DNA from: an uncultured Eubacteriales bacterium
GTDB lineage: Bacteria > Bacillota > Clostridia > Oscillospirales > Oscillospiraceae
Direction of reading: 5' to 3'
Assembly (NCBI GenBank): GCA_900319935.1
Contig: ONQJ01000006.1
Span: 94 to 64,093 of the forward strand
Length of the DNA stretch: 64,000 bases
The notes below the pieces were generated by a model. That model was not told the origin of the DNA. It made no database searches and worked only from the letters and a program-made list of their open reading frames with translations. Positions 30,419-41,556 of the stretch are shown here, piece after piece (the stretch's first letter is position 1; each line of letters starts with the position of its first letter). The position numbers were made by a program, and so were the translations under genes.

Positions 30419-30826
30419 TTACGCGATCACAACGAGCGGCGAACCGGTCTCGACGACCTGACCCTTGGATACCGCGATCTGAGCGACCGAGCCGGCCTTG
30501 GGAGCGACGATCTCGTTCTCCATCTTCATGGCCTCGAGGACGATCAGCACGTCGCCCTCCTTGACCTTCTGGCCCAGCGTGACGTTGATCTTGAGGATAT
30601 TGCCGGGCATCGGGCTCTTGACGACCTCGCCGGCGGCAAGGGCGGCTGCCGCGGGAGCCGCAGCCGGGGCGGGCGCGGCGGGCGCGGCGGCGACGGGCGC
30701 GGCGGGAGCCGGAGCGGGGGCTGCGGCCGCGGGAGCAAAGGCCTCGTACTCGTCGACGAGCATGGCCTCGCCCTGCTCGACCTCGACCTCGTAGGTGCGG
30801 TTATTCAAAGTGACTTTATACTTCAT
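30419..30826 (-). CDS. biotin carboxyl carrier (biotinyl domain) subunit
   Basis: 135 aa. Ala/Pro-rich linker, then the EAMKMENEI biotinylation motif. Confidence 0.85.
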   Translation of the reverse strand: MKYKVTLNNRTYEVEVEQGEAMLVDEYEAFAPAAAAPAPAPAAPVAAAPAAPAPAAAPAAAALAAGEVVKSPMPGNILKINVTLGQKVKEGDVLIVLEAMKMENEIVAPKAGSVAQIAVSKGQVVETGSPLVVIA

Positions 30827-31179
30827 TTCTTCTCTTCCTCCTTGATCTCACGGATGGACAGGAAGCGCAGCTCGTTGAGCGGCTTGCCCGTGGCGTCGGC
30901 GACGATGGCCATGATCATGGCGGCGTCCTTCGGGTCGGTGTCGTAGAGCTTGAGCTCGCCCGCGGTGCCCTTGGCCTTCGGGCCCTCGCGCTTGGCGGGA
31001 GCGGCCTCCTCGACCGGGACGGCGGCGGGAGCGGGGGCGGCGCTCTTCTTAGGGGCCATGAGCTTGCCCTGGATCAGGACGACGACCATCAGCAGCACCA
31101 GGCCGAGAAAGACCACCAGATATCCCAGAAGCGCGGTCAGCGCCGCGTTCGGGATCGAGATGTTGATAAGATCCATCAT
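30823..31179 (-). CDS. OadG-family decarboxylase gamma subunit
   Basis: 118 aa. Single N-terminal TM helix followed by an Ala/Pro-rich segment. Its position between the alpha and biotin-carrier genes supports the call. Confidence 0.7.
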   Translation of the reverse strand: MMDLINISIPNAALTALLGYLVVFLGLVLLMVVVLIQGKLMAPKKSAAPAPAAVPVEEAAPAKREGPKAKGTAGELKLYDTDPKDAAMIMAIVADATGKPLNELRFLSIREIKEEEKK

Positions 31180-31180
31180 C

Positions 31181-32563
31181 TCAGGCCTCCGTGATCGTAT
31201 AGCGCACGATCTTTTCTTCTCTGGCCTTGCGCTCCTCGAAGAACTTTTCCGCGACCTGCGGGAAAGAGATATAGCTCAGCACGTCCTCCTCGCAGCGGGC
31301 GGTGTCGCCCAGCTTCTCCTGCGCCTTTTCAAAGGCGTCGTTCGGCAGCGTGTCGGCATAGCGTCCCTCGACCGGCTTGAGATCGCCGAGGATCTTGGCG
31401 CGGACCTCTTCGTTGATCGGCGCGGGCGTCTTGCCGTATTCGCCGCGGCAGTAGGCCTTGATCTCGGCGCCCACGTTCTTGTAGCGCTCGCCGGCGAGGA
31501 CGTTCTGCACGGCCTGCGTGCCGACCAGCTGGCTGGTGGGAGTGACGAGCGGGGGATAGCCCATGTCGGCGCGCACGCGCGGCGTCTCGATCAGGGCCTC
31601 GTCGAACTTGTCGAGCGCGTTGAGGCTCTTGAGCTGGCTGAGAAGGTTCGAGAGCATGCCGCCGGGGATCTGATAGGTCAGGCAGCGGGTGTCCGTCGCC
31701 ATGGAGATCGGGTTGAGCGTGCCCTTGGCAAGAAAGTCAGCGCGGACGGGCTTGAAGTAGTCGGCCATCGCGTTGATGGACTTCTCGTCGAGATCGACCT
31801 CATAGCCGAACTCCTTGAGCGCGTAGTAAAGCGTCTCCGTCGCGGGCTGCGAGGTGCCGCCGGAGAAGGGGGAGATCGCCGTGTCGATCACGTCGGCGCC
31901 GGCCTCGATGGACTTGAGATAGGTCATGAAGGCAAGACCCGTGGTGCAGTGCGTGTGCATCACGACGGGCAGATCCACCGCGTCCTTGATGGCGGAAACG
32001 AGATCATAGGCGGCCTTCGGCGTAAGGATGCCGGCCATGTCCTTGATGCAGATCGAGCCCACGCCCATACGGGAGAGCTCCTTGACCATCTCGACGTACT
32101 TTTCGCGCGTGTGGACGGGGCTGGTGGTGTAGGAGATCGCGCCGGAGGCCATGGCGCCGGAGCCGACGGCCTCCTCGACGGCGACCTTCAGGTTGTCCAG
32201 GTCGTTGAGCGCGTCGAAGATGCGGATGATATCGATGCCGTTGCGGACGGCGGCGCGGACGAAGCGGCGCACGATATCGTCCGGGTAGTGCTTGTAGCCG
32301 AGGATGTTCTGGCCGCGAAGCAGCATCTGCAGCTTCGTGTTCGGCAGCTTTTGACGGATCTTGCGCAGGCGTTCCCAGGGATCCTCGTTGAGGAAACGGA
32401 GGCACACGTCGAAGGTGGCGCCGCCCCAGCATTCGACAGAATAAAAGCCCGCCTTGTCGATCGTGTCGAGAATGGGTTCGAACTGGTCGTAGCCAAGCCT
32501 GGTCGCGATCAGCGACTGGTTGGCGTCACGCAGCACGGTCTCGGTAAACTGTACTTTTTTCAT
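31181..32563 (-). CDS. oadA: oxaloacetate decarboxylase alpha subunit / carboxyltransferase (5S-type), lacking its own biotinyl domain
   Basis: The start at MKKVQFTETVLRDANQS (32563) follows AGGAGG. HMGL-like TIM-barrel motifs are present (ECWGGATFD, HTHCTTG). Confidence 0.85.
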   Translation of the reverse strand: MKKVQFTETVLRDANQSLIATRLGYDQFEPILDTIDKAGFYSVECWGGATFDVCLRFLNEDPWERLRKIRQKLPNTKLQMLLRGQNILGYKHYPDDIVRRFVRAAVRNGIDIIRIFDALNDLDNLKVAVEEAVGSGAMASGAISYTTSPVHTREKYVEMVKELSRMGVGSICIKDMAGILTPKAAYDLVSAIKDAVDLPVVMHTHCTTGLAFMTYLKSIEAGADVIDTAISPFSGGTSQPATETLYYALKEFGYEVDLDEKSINAMADYFKPVRADFLAKGTLNPISMATDTRCLTYQIPGGMLSNLLSQLKSLNALDKFDEALIETPRVRADMGYPPLVTPTSQLVGTQAVQNVLAGERYKNVGAEIKAYCRGEYGKTPAPINEEVRAKILGDLKPVEGRYADTLPNDAFEKAQEKLGDTARCEEDVLSYISFPQVAEKFFEERKAREEKIVRYTITEA

Positions 32564-32791
32564 TGCTCCTCCTGTGAAGAAAGATTTCGAATAAACGGTG
32601 ATAATTCGCTTGATAACATTATAACATTTCAACAAAATAAATCCAGTACGGATTTATTGTTTTTGCAATCAGCCAAGAAAAACGGGAAAAAGCAATAATT
32701 CGGGCGATGAAAATTGTGTAGTATTGCTATAAAAAAGCTCCCGCGGGCCAAAATGGGCCGCGGGAGCGGGAAAACAGAGAATGCCGGAGCG

Positions 32792-34261
32792 TCAGGCGAC
32801 GCGGCGGGCGATGAAGCCGCGCGTGTCGTAATAACCGCTGAGCTCTGAGATGATGACGCCGGTGGTATAGGTGGAGGAGTGGATGAAACGGTTGTTTCCG
32901 ATGTAGATGCCGACGTGGCCGATATAGTCCGCGCTGGAGTAGAAGCAGAGCAGATCGCCCGGCTGGAGCGCGGAGATATCCACCGCGGAACCGTTTCTGG
33001 CCTGATCGCAGGCGACGCGGTTGAGCGAGATGCCGAAGTGACCGTATACGAAGGTCGTAAAGCCGGAGCAGTCGAAACCGGTCTCGGGAGAGGTGCCGCC
33101 CCAGGTGTATTTGCTGCCCAGATACTGCAGCGCAAATTCCACGATCTCGCGGCCGCGCTCGGAGGTGTTCGGATCGTCGCCGACCACGGCGGCGCTGCCC
33201 TCGGCCACGTACTGGCCGTAAACATATCCGGACTCGCCGTTGATGATGACGGCCTTCCAGTCGTCGTAGGTACCCGTGATCGTGAGCGCCGTGCCGAAGC
33301 TGTACTCGCCGAGAATGTCGTTGCGCGTGGACGGACCGCTGCGGAAGCGGACGTCGTTGCCCGTGATGTAGCCCGGAACGGAGGTCGAAGACGGGGCTTC
33401 GGGTTCGGGCTCGGGCGCGGGCTCGGGTTCGGGCGTAGGCTCGGGCTGCGTTTCGTCGGGGATCTCGCCGCCGCCGTCGTTGACGACGTAAGCGCTGTAT
33501 ACATAGCCGGAGCGGCCGCCGATCGTGACGGCGTACCAGTCGCCCGAGCGGCCGGTGATCGTCAGCGAGGTGCCGTTGTCCAGACAGTCGTAGATGGCGT
33601 AATACGTGGACGGGCCGCTGCGGAAGTAGACGTAGTCGCCGCTGATATGCCCGGAAGTGTCGTCCGTGGGCGTTACCTCAATGGGTTCGGCCGGGGGAAC
33701 GACGGCGGGTTCGGGCGTGGCTTCGGGTTCTTCGGGAACGACGAGAGCCTCGCCGACGGTAACGTAGTCGGCATACATGTAGCCGTGCTGGCCGTTGATC
33801 ACGACGGCATACCATCCGTCGGAGCTGCCCGTTACGGTGAGCGCGGTGCCGTTATTGTATTCGCCGAGAATGGAGTAATCCGTGCCGGGACCGCTGCGGA
33901 AGCGGACGTACATGGCGTTGACCGTACCGGAGGATCCGTCTGCGGTAACGACGGGATCCGGCCCGGGATCATTCGCCGGCGCGGCAGGGGCGGCTTCTCC
34001 GTGCACGGTAAGGTAGTCGGAGTTGATAAAGCCCGTGCGGCCGTTGTATGTAACGCTGTACCATTCGCTGTTGGAACGGTCTGTGACCGTGACGACGGTG
34101 CCGTTAGGCAGACACTCGTAAATAGCGTAATCCGTGCTTGGACCGGAGCGGAAATTGACGTCGTTTCCGGTGACTTCCGCCTCCTCCGCGAAGATCGAGA
34201 CGGTAAGCAGGATACAGAACAGCGCCGCGAATGCCAGGGTCCTCAATACATTCTTTCGCAT
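32792..34261 (-). CDS. secreted cell-wall hydrolase: multiple SH3b domains plus C-terminal NlpC/P60 (C40) peptidase
   Basis: 489 aa. Signal peptide, then repeated VNFRSGPST...WY.V SH3b modules. The catalytic region shows FDCSGF...GHVGIYIG...FIHSS. Confidence 0.9.
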   Translation of the reverse strand: MRKNVLRTLAFAALFCILLTVSIFAEEAEVTGNDVNFRSGPSTDYAIYECLPNGTVVTVTDRSNSEWYSVTYNGRTGFINSDYLTVHGEAAPAAPANDPGPDPVVTADGSSGTVNAMYVRFRSGPGTDYSILGEYNNGTALTVTGSSDGWYAVVINGQHGYMYADYVTVGEALVVPEEPEATPEPAVVPPAEPIEVTPTDDTSGHISGDYVYFRSGPSTYYAIYDCLDNGTSLTITGRSGDWYAVTIGGRSGYVYSAYVVNDGGGEIPDETQPEPTPEPEPAPEPEPEAPSSTSVPGYITGNDVRFRSGPSTRNDILGEYSFGTALTITGTYDDWKAVIINGESGYVYGQYVAEGSAAVVGDDPNTSERGREIVEFALQYLGSKYTWGGTSPETGFDCSGFTTFVYGHFGISLNRVACDQARNGSAVDISALQPGDLLCFYSSADYIGHVGIYIGNNRFIHSSTYTTGVIISELSGYYDTRGFIARRVA

Positions 34262-34284
34262 CTCTCTGTATGTCCTTTTTGTTT

Positions 34285-34566
34285 TTATCTGGAGGCCAGC
34301 GCCCTTTCAAGCCAGACAACGGCGACGTCGATCGCGTCGTAGAGGCTTTCCTTTTCGCTTTTTTTCACGACACGATCGCGGGATTTGATCGAAGGATCGG
34401 TGAGCTGAAGCTGGACGGAGACCTTGGTGGCGACGTCGAGATCCTTGACTTTCTTGCTGTCGAGGATCTGAAGCATCGCGATATACTTGTCGGCAAAGCT
34501 GCCGTAGTAGATGATATTGTCTTTTCTTTGAAGAGGATGACCTTTATACATCAGTTTTTCTGCCAA
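34285..34566 (-). CDS. hypothetical protein
   Basis: Candidate TTG start at 34566, 8 nt after GGAGGTG; an ATG 5 codons downstream is an alternative. No family recognised. Confidence 0.5.
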   Translation of the reverse strand: MAEKLMYKGHPLQRKDNIIYYGSFADKYIAMLQILDSKKVKDLDVATKVSVQLQLTDPSIKSRDRVVKKSEKESLYDAIDVAVVWLERALASR

Positions 34567-34725
34567 TGATAGCACCTCCGATTTGTAATCGAAATGTAAC
34601 ACAATTAAAGTGTTTTGTCAACAAGAATATTATGGTAACTTCTTTCCTCCGGACGCTGAAACGCCCGTGCCGAAAGAGCTCCGGAGCGGGGGAGAAAAGG
34701 CCCGCCGCCCCCGGGCGGAGAGGCC

Positions 34726-36891
34726 TCAGCCGTCTCCGCCTTCGGCAGCAGCCGCCGCCGCAGCCTCTGCGGCAAGCGCTTCCTCTTCTGCGCGGATCTG
34801 CTCCTCGAGAGCGGGATGCAGATCGCCGAAGAGATAGCTGTCGCCGCCGATATACGGCCAGGGGAAGGAGCGGTATTCCAGCCCCGAATGGACGCGGACC
34901 ATCACATCGTGCCAGATCCTCGCGGCGGGGTTGTTCCATACGTTGATCGTTTCGGGGATGTCGTAGCCGGTCCACACGGCAGCCACGTAATACGGCGTGC
35001 AGCCGACAAACCAGCGGTCCTTGTTCTCGCCGGAGGTGCCGGTCTTGCCCGCGACGGGCACCGTGCCGAGATAGGCCGCCCCGCCGGTGCCGTTTTCGAC
35101 GGCATTCTGCATCATGTAGGTCATGACGTAGGCGGTGTTCGGCTTGAAGGCGACGACCGTCCTGGGCGTGTTGTCGATCACGATGTCGCCCTTGGAGTCT
35201 GTGATGCGGGTATAGGTGCGCGAGTAAGTGAAGATGCCGTCGTTGACAAAGGCGGAATAGGCCTGCGCCATCTCGCGCACGGTAATGCCGTTCGTCAGCT
35301 GGCCGAGCGCCATCGGCGCGTAGGAGGCGTCGTCGGGAACGACGCTCGTCACGCCCAGCCTGTCCCGCAGGAAGCTGTAACAGGTCTCCGGGCCGAGCTT
35401 GTCGACGATCTGCGCCGAGACGGTGTTGAGCGACAGGGTCAGCGCGTCGTAGATCGTGATGATGCCGTAGTTCTCCCAGCTGTCGTTGTGAGGGTACCAG
35501 CTCGTGCCGGAGAGGTACATATCGGACGAGTCGTTGACCAGCGTGTTCGGCGTGAGGCCGAGCAGCTCGACGGCGGGACCGTAGACCGAGATCGGCTTGA
35601 TGGCCGAGCCGGGCGGGCGCTGCGAGCCGGTCGCCCGGTTGAGCGGGAAGTTCTGCGTCTTTTCGCCGACGCCGCCGCTCAGACCCTTGATCTCGCCGGT
35701 ATAGGGGTCCATGACGACGATCGCGCTCTGCAGCTGCTTGTCGGTGCCGTAGGTCACGGGGATGTTGTCGATGTTCTGATAGATGCTGTCGATGTTCGCC
35801 TGGATGCGTTCATCGAGACAGCAGAAGATCTGATAGCCGCCGTTGTAGACGAGATGGCGCGCGGCCTCCTTGCTGATGCCCTTGCGCTCCATCAGATCCT
35901 CCGTCACGTCCGCGATGACGACCTCCTCGTAATACGAGTAGATATCCTGCGTATAGGTCGTGTTTTCGCGATAGACGAAGTTCAGCGGCTCGGCGACGGC
36001 GTTTTTATACTCCTCATAATTGATAAAGCCCTGCTCGTACATCTCGTGCAGGATCGTTTCCTGCCGCTTCTTGTTGGCCGAGAGATCGTAGAAGGGATCG
36101 TACTGTGTGGGCTTGTTGGTGATGCCGACGATCGCCGCGCATTCGGCGAGGGAGAGATCGGAGACGTCCTTGCCGAAATAGGTCTGCGCCGCGGTCTGCA
36201 CGCCCCAGCAGCCTTCGCCGAAGTAAACGGCGTTGAGATACCATTCGATGATCTCGCGCTTGTCGTATTTTTTCTCAAGCTCCAGCGCGCCGAAGATTTC
36301 GGAAAGCTTGCGCTGGACGGTGACCTCGTTTTTGCCGGTGAGGTTTTTGATGAGCTGCTGCGTGATCGTGGAGCCGCCGTAAGTATCGGACATGCGGGCG
36401 AACATCTCCACGAACGCGCCCGCCGTACGGTACCAGTCGACGCCCTTGTGCTCGTAAAAACGCTTATCCTCGATCGAAACAAGGGCTTTTTCCATGTACC
36501 AGGGGATCTTGTCGTAGTCGACCCAGATGCGCTTTTCCGAGCCGGTGAGCGTCACAAGCTGTTTCCAGCCTCCCGTGGAGTCGGTATACCAGATCGTGCT
36601 CGATTCGCTGAGCTGATAGTCCTCAAGCGAAATATCGAGCGTGGAGCTCAGACAGCTCTTGACATAGTAGGCGAAAATACAGGCGAAGATCAGACCCGTC
36701 AGGACGATGACCAGCAAAACGGAGCCGAAGACCTTGAGGATCGAACTGAGCGTAACGGAGACCGTGTCGATCGTCAGGTCGGCGGCCTTGGCGGCCACCT
36801 CGCCGCGGTCGATCCCGCGCAGCTTGCCCCAGAGGGCCCTGAAGTCGATCCCGGGGATCCTGAAGCCGTGCTTTTTCTTCTTATCTTCCAT
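34726..36891 (-). CDS. class A penicillin-binding protein (PBP1A: transglycosylase + transpeptidase)
   Basis: 721 aa. GT51 motifs EDKRFYEHKGVD, GGSTITQQL and RKLSE are present. The transpeptidase SAIKP (SxxK) motif is present. The C-terminal tail is rich in Ala and Glu. Confidence 0.9.
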   Translation of the reverse strand: MEDKKKKHGFRIPGIDFRALWGKLRGIDRGEVAAKAADLTIDTVSVTLSSILKVFGSVLLVIVLTGLIFACIFAYYVKSCLSSTLDISLEDYQLSESSTIWYTDSTGGWKQLVTLTGSEKRIWVDYDKIPWYMEKALVSIEDKRFYEHKGVDWYRTAGAFVEMFARMSDTYGGSTITQQLIKNLTGKNEVTVQRKLSEIFGALELEKKYDKREIIEWYLNAVYFGEGCWGVQTAAQTYFGKDVSDLSLAECAAIVGITNKPTQYDPFYDLSANKKRQETILHEMYEQGFINYEEYKNAVAEPLNFVYRENTTYTQDIYSYYEEVVIADVTEDLMERKGISKEAARHLVYNGGYQIFCCLDERIQANIDSIYQNIDNIPVTYGTDKQLQSAIVVMDPYTGEIKGLSGGVGEKTQNFPLNRATGSQRPPGSAIKPISVYGPAVELLGLTPNTLVNDSSDMYLSGTSWYPHNDSWENYGIITIYDALTLSLNTVSAQIVDKLGPETCYSFLRDRLGVTSVVPDDASYAPMALGQLTNGITVREMAQAYSAFVNDGIFTYSRTYTRITDSKGDIVIDNTPRTVVAFKPNTAYVMTYMMQNAVENGTGGAAYLGTVPVAGKTGTSGENKDRWFVGCTPYYVAAVWTGYDIPETINVWNNPAARIWHDVMVRVHSGLEYRSFPWPYIGGDSYLFGDLHPALEEQIRAEEEALAAEAAAAAAAEGGDG

Positions 36892-37126
36892 CTATCGGTA
36901 ACACCTCCCGGCGGACGAGGAACTGGCGCACAGTCTTTTCCATCTTATACTGAAACTGTATTATATCACAGCTCGGCAAAGAAAGGTAGCGTTTTTATGA
37001 ATTTTTAAGGAAGGGAGCGAAAAACGCGGGGACGCCGTCCGCTCATAACAGATCGCGATCCGGATGAGATATAATTTTACCCTTTTTGCGGCATACTCAT
37101 AACAGACAAAAACGGGAGGCGGAAAA

Positions 37127-37462
37127 ATGAAGAAGGCGGGGAAGCTTATACTGCTGGCGGCCATGGTCGTCTGCGCGCTCGCGTCGGCGTGGGGTGCGGC
37201 CGGAACGATACGGAGAACGGAGGACAGGATCCCCGCGGAGGTCTACGCGCTCTATCAGTCGAAGAGCGGGAGAGCGCGGTATCTGCTGCGGGAAAAAGAC
37301 GGCTTCGTCGCCGTCTATAAAAGCGGAGAAAACCGACCGGAGCGGCTGACGGACATCGAAACGGCGCTGCTGCGGCGCGCCGACAGGGCGATGCTGGAAA
37401 AGGGGATCCCCGCGGAGGATCTCCCGGAAGTGCTCTCGCTGCTTGAGGATCTCGGCTCGTAA
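37127..37462 (+). CDS. hypothetical exported/anchored protein
   Basis: 111 aa with an N-terminal hydrophobic signal-like segment. RBS GGGAGGCGG lies upstream. Confidence 0.6.
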   Translation: MKKAGKLILLAAMVVCALASAWGAAGTIRRTEDRIPAEVYALYQSKSGRARYLLREKDGFVAVYKSGENRPERLTDIETALLRRADRAMLEKGIPAEDLPEVLSLLEDLGS

Positions 37463-37542
37463 GAGCGAAGGGCTTGATTTCTCCGCGGCCGTAAGGTAGA
37501 ATAAACACACAGGATCCCAATAAAAAAGCGGAGGGAAGAGAA

Positions 37543-37827
37543 ATGAGCGAAGAATTCGGCGACAACTTTGTCACGATGGTGGACGAGAACGGCGAGGAGT
37601 TCGTTCTCGAACTGCTTGAAACGATCGATTACAAAGACGCGAGCTATACGGCCTTTCTGCCGGCCGACCTTGACGAGAACGATCCCGATTACGGTCTGGT
37701 CCTGCTGCGCAACGCCGTGGACGAAAACGGCGAAGAGGTATATGACACGATCGACGACGATGACGAGCTCGACGACGTATACGAGCAGTTCATGCGCATC
37801 CTCTTTGACGACGAGGACGGGGAGTAA
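37543..37827 (+). CDS. DUF1292 domain-containing protein
   Basis: 94 aa and acidic. VTMVDENGEEFVLELLETIDYKD...Y is typical of DUF1292. Confidence 0.85.
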   Translation: MSEEFGDNFVTMVDENGEEFVLELLETIDYKDASYTAFLPADLDENDPDYGLVLLRNAVDENGEEVYDTIDDDDELDDVYEQFMRILFDDEDGE

Positions 37828-37860
37828 TACCGTGCGGAGCGGCGTCATAGAATAAAACCG

Positions 37861-38080
37861 GATCGAAAAACTCCTGCTGTGTGCGTGCGTACCCGTGACC
37901 GGGACGAACACGGCCCATTAAACCCACATCACTTATAAGGGATGCCGATTTGAGTCTGCGGATTGCAGGCCTCCCGGTCCGCAGGGCCGGACGTTGGAAG
38001 CAGCGAAACAGAACTTAGGCGACCCACCTGCTCATTTGTGCAGGTTATAACTGGGCCGGCACGGCATGAGCGGGAGTCTC
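37861..38080 (+). ncRNA. ffs: structured ncRNA, probably signal recognition particle RNA (ffs/scRNA)
   Basis: It lies in a gene-free gap between convergent genes. A TAGAAT -10 box is at 37848-37853. The 5' end (CTCCTGCT..GCGTGC, 37871-) pairs with the 3' end (GCACGG..AGCGGGAG, -38076). The internal sequence CAGGGCC-GGACGTT-GGAAGCAGCG resembles SRP helix 8 (CAGGUCC-GGAA-GGAAGCAGC). CTGGGCCG is also shared with my recollection of Bacillus scRNA. It has its own terminator. Confidence 0.55.
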
Positions 38081-38107
38081 CCACAGGTTTTCCTGTGGGA
38101 GTTTTTT
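38077..38107 (+). terminator. rho-independent terminator of the ncRNA
   Basis: CTCCCACAGG-TTTT-CCTGTGGGAG followed by TTTTTT. There is no T-run on the other strand. Confidence 0.8.
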
Positions 38108-38224
38108 ATACCGCGGACAGGCAAAGCGAGACATAAAAATTTCCCGGAGTGCCAAACGGCACTCCGGGAAGCCGGGAGCGTTAAGGAGTTAAAGCGTTGT
38201 GCAAAGCGCTTTTTTGATCGTTGA

Positions 38225-39586
<1,362 letters not shown>

Positions 39587-39788
39587 TTATTATTCGACCA
39601 TAGTCGTTGGCCTATCATGGCTGAGTTTATTATAGTCCAAACGAGGGAAATAAACAAGAACTCTTATATATTGAACAAGGAATTTTTGGGCATAAAATGA
39701 AAAATTGTTAAAAAGCCATAAAAACAACTTGAAAAAATTGAGTAAATAGACTAATCTGAAAACATAACAAACAGAGGGAGGAACACCG

Positions 39789-40700
39789 ATGATCACAGAA
39801 AGAGACCTGATCGGCTGCCGCTGCTTCACGATCGAAAACGGCGATCTTTCGCTGACGGTATCGGAATACGGCGCCACGGCGATGAGCCTGACGCGCGACG
39901 GCACCGAGCTCCTGCTCGGCTTTGATTCGATCAGAGGCTATGAGAAAAGCGAGTCCTTTATCGGCGGTATCGTCGGACGCTGGGCTAACCGCATCGGCGG
40001 GGCCGCTTTCGAACTGGACGGCAAACGCTTTGAGCTGTGCGCGAACGAGGGCGCGAACTGCCTGCACGGCGGAGACAGCGGCAAAGGCTGGAACAAACGC
40101 CTGTGGAGCGGCAAGGCGGACGGAGACGTGAGCGTGTGCTTCACGCTCAACTCGCCCGACGGCGACAACGGCTTTCCCGGCGCGCTGACGGCCTGCGTGG
40201 AATACACGCTGATGCCGGACCGCGTGCGTATCGACTTCTCGGGCGTTTCGGACGCCGACACCTATTTCTGCCCGACCTCGCATATCTATTTCTCGCTCGG
40301 GGAAAAGAACATCCTCGGCGCGGAGATGCAGATCAACGCGACCGGCCATCTGGAGGTGGACTCCGGGCTGATCCCGACGGGGCGCATACTCCCCATGGAG
40401 GGGGACTTCGATTTCTCTTCGCCGCGGCAGATCGCGCGGGATTACGACGACTGCTTCGTGCTCGACGGCGCGCACGCCTGCACGGTGCGGACGAGCGATA
40501 TCACACTGAAGGTCTTTACGGATTACCCCGCGCTGCAGTTCTACACGGGCACCTATCTCGACGGCGGTTATGCGCCGAACGCGGGCTTTGCCGTCGAGCC
40601 GGAATTCTTTCCCGACACGCCGAACCGCCCGGAGTTCCCGAACGCGCTCCTCAGGGCGGGGGAGAAATTCACGAAGTATCTGGAGTTTGTTTTCGAGTAA
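39789..40700 (+). CDS. aldose 1-epimerase family protein
   Basis: 303 aa. Motifs GRWANRI, NCLHGG and GFAVEP are typical of galactose mutarotase-like proteins. Confidence 0.8.
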   Translation: MITERDLIGCRCFTIENGDLSLTVSEYGATAMSLTRDGTELLLGFDSIRGYEKSESFIGGIVGRWANRIGGAAFELDGKRFELCANEGANCLHGGDSGKGWNKRLWSGKADGDVSVCFTLNSPDGDNGFPGALTACVEYTLMPDRVRIDFSGVSDADTYFCPTSHIYFSLGEKNILGAEMQINATGHLEVDSGLIPTGRILPMEGDFDFSSPRQIARDYDDCFVLDGAHACTVRTSDITLKVFTDYPALQFYTGTYLDGGYAPNAGFAVEPEFFPDTPNRPEFPNALLRAGEKFTKYLEFVFE

Positions 40701-40757
40701 ACGCTAAACATGAAAAACTGCGGCCGGTTTCCCGGCCGCAGTTGTCGTGTCAGACTA

Positions 40758-41306
40758 TTATTCGTCGAGCCCGTCGTCGCAGATCAGGCCGTAGCCGCCG
40801 TTCTTGCGCTCGTAAACGACGGAGATCGCATCCTCTGCGTCCATGTTGCGGAAGACGAAGAACTCATGCCCCAGCAGATTCATCTGCAGGATGGCCTCCT
40901 GCACGCTCATGGGCTTGATCGAGAAACGCTTGCTGCGCACGATCTGGAATTCCTCGCGGTCATCCTCCTCGGCGGGGACGAATGCAGGTACGGCGTCACG
41001 CTCCAGTGCACCCTCGCGAAGACGCTTCTCGAGGCGTGTCTTGTTCCGGCGGATCTGACGCTCGATGGCGGCGACGCCGGAGTCGACGGATGCGTACATG
41101 TCGTTGGTAAGTTCGCTTGCTCTGTAATACAGACCGTTGTTGTGGATGGTGATCTCGGCGCGGAAGCGGCCGCGCTCGATCGAGAAGGTGACGAAAGCTT
41201 CGGCCTCGTTTCTGAAAAAGCGGTCGAGCTTGCCGATCTTCTTGACGGCGTATGCGCGCAGATCCTCGGAAGAATCCATCTTCTTTTCGGCAAAAGTGAA
41301 CTTCAT
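40758..41306 (-). CDS. hpf: ribosome hibernation-promoting factor, long form
   Basis: 182 aa. N-terminal S30AE domain and C-terminal dimerisation domain (KRFSIKPMSVQEAILQMNLLGHEFFVF). Confidence 0.9.
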   Translation of the reverse strand: MKFTFAEKKMDSSEDLRAYAVKKIGKLDRFFRNEAEAFVTFSIERGRFRAEITIHNNGLYYRASELTNDMYASVDSGVAAIERQIRRNKTRLEKRLREGALERDAVPAFVPAEEDDREEFQIVRSKRFSIKPMSVQEAILQMNLLGHEFFVFRNMDAEDAISVVYERKNGGYGLICDDGLDE

Positions 41307-41556
41307 GCTGCCATTCCTCCTGTATATCGCGGCGGCGCGTAGAAAACGCCGTATCGCCGCCGCTTCAATTCAGAGCCGGCTTTGAAGAAGGCCATACTCT
41401 GTAACAGCAGTATAGCACTTTTTCACGCTGAATAAAAGAGCTTTTCCGGCAGAAGCGGAATATCGTCAGAACACACCGATTTTGACAGAAAAATTTGGCT
41501 ATTCATACAAAAAAAGAAAAGGCCTTCCGGCCTTTTCTTTTTGCCCCGAGGGGAGA

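Noticed and set aside
34726-34800. Ala/Glu-rich C-terminal tail of PBP1A (EEQIRAEEEALAAEAAAAAAAEGGDG) as a separate feature
   Set aside because: It is a low-complexity extension in the same frame as the PBP gene. Such tails are common in high-GC Firmicutes, and nothing indicates a distinct element.
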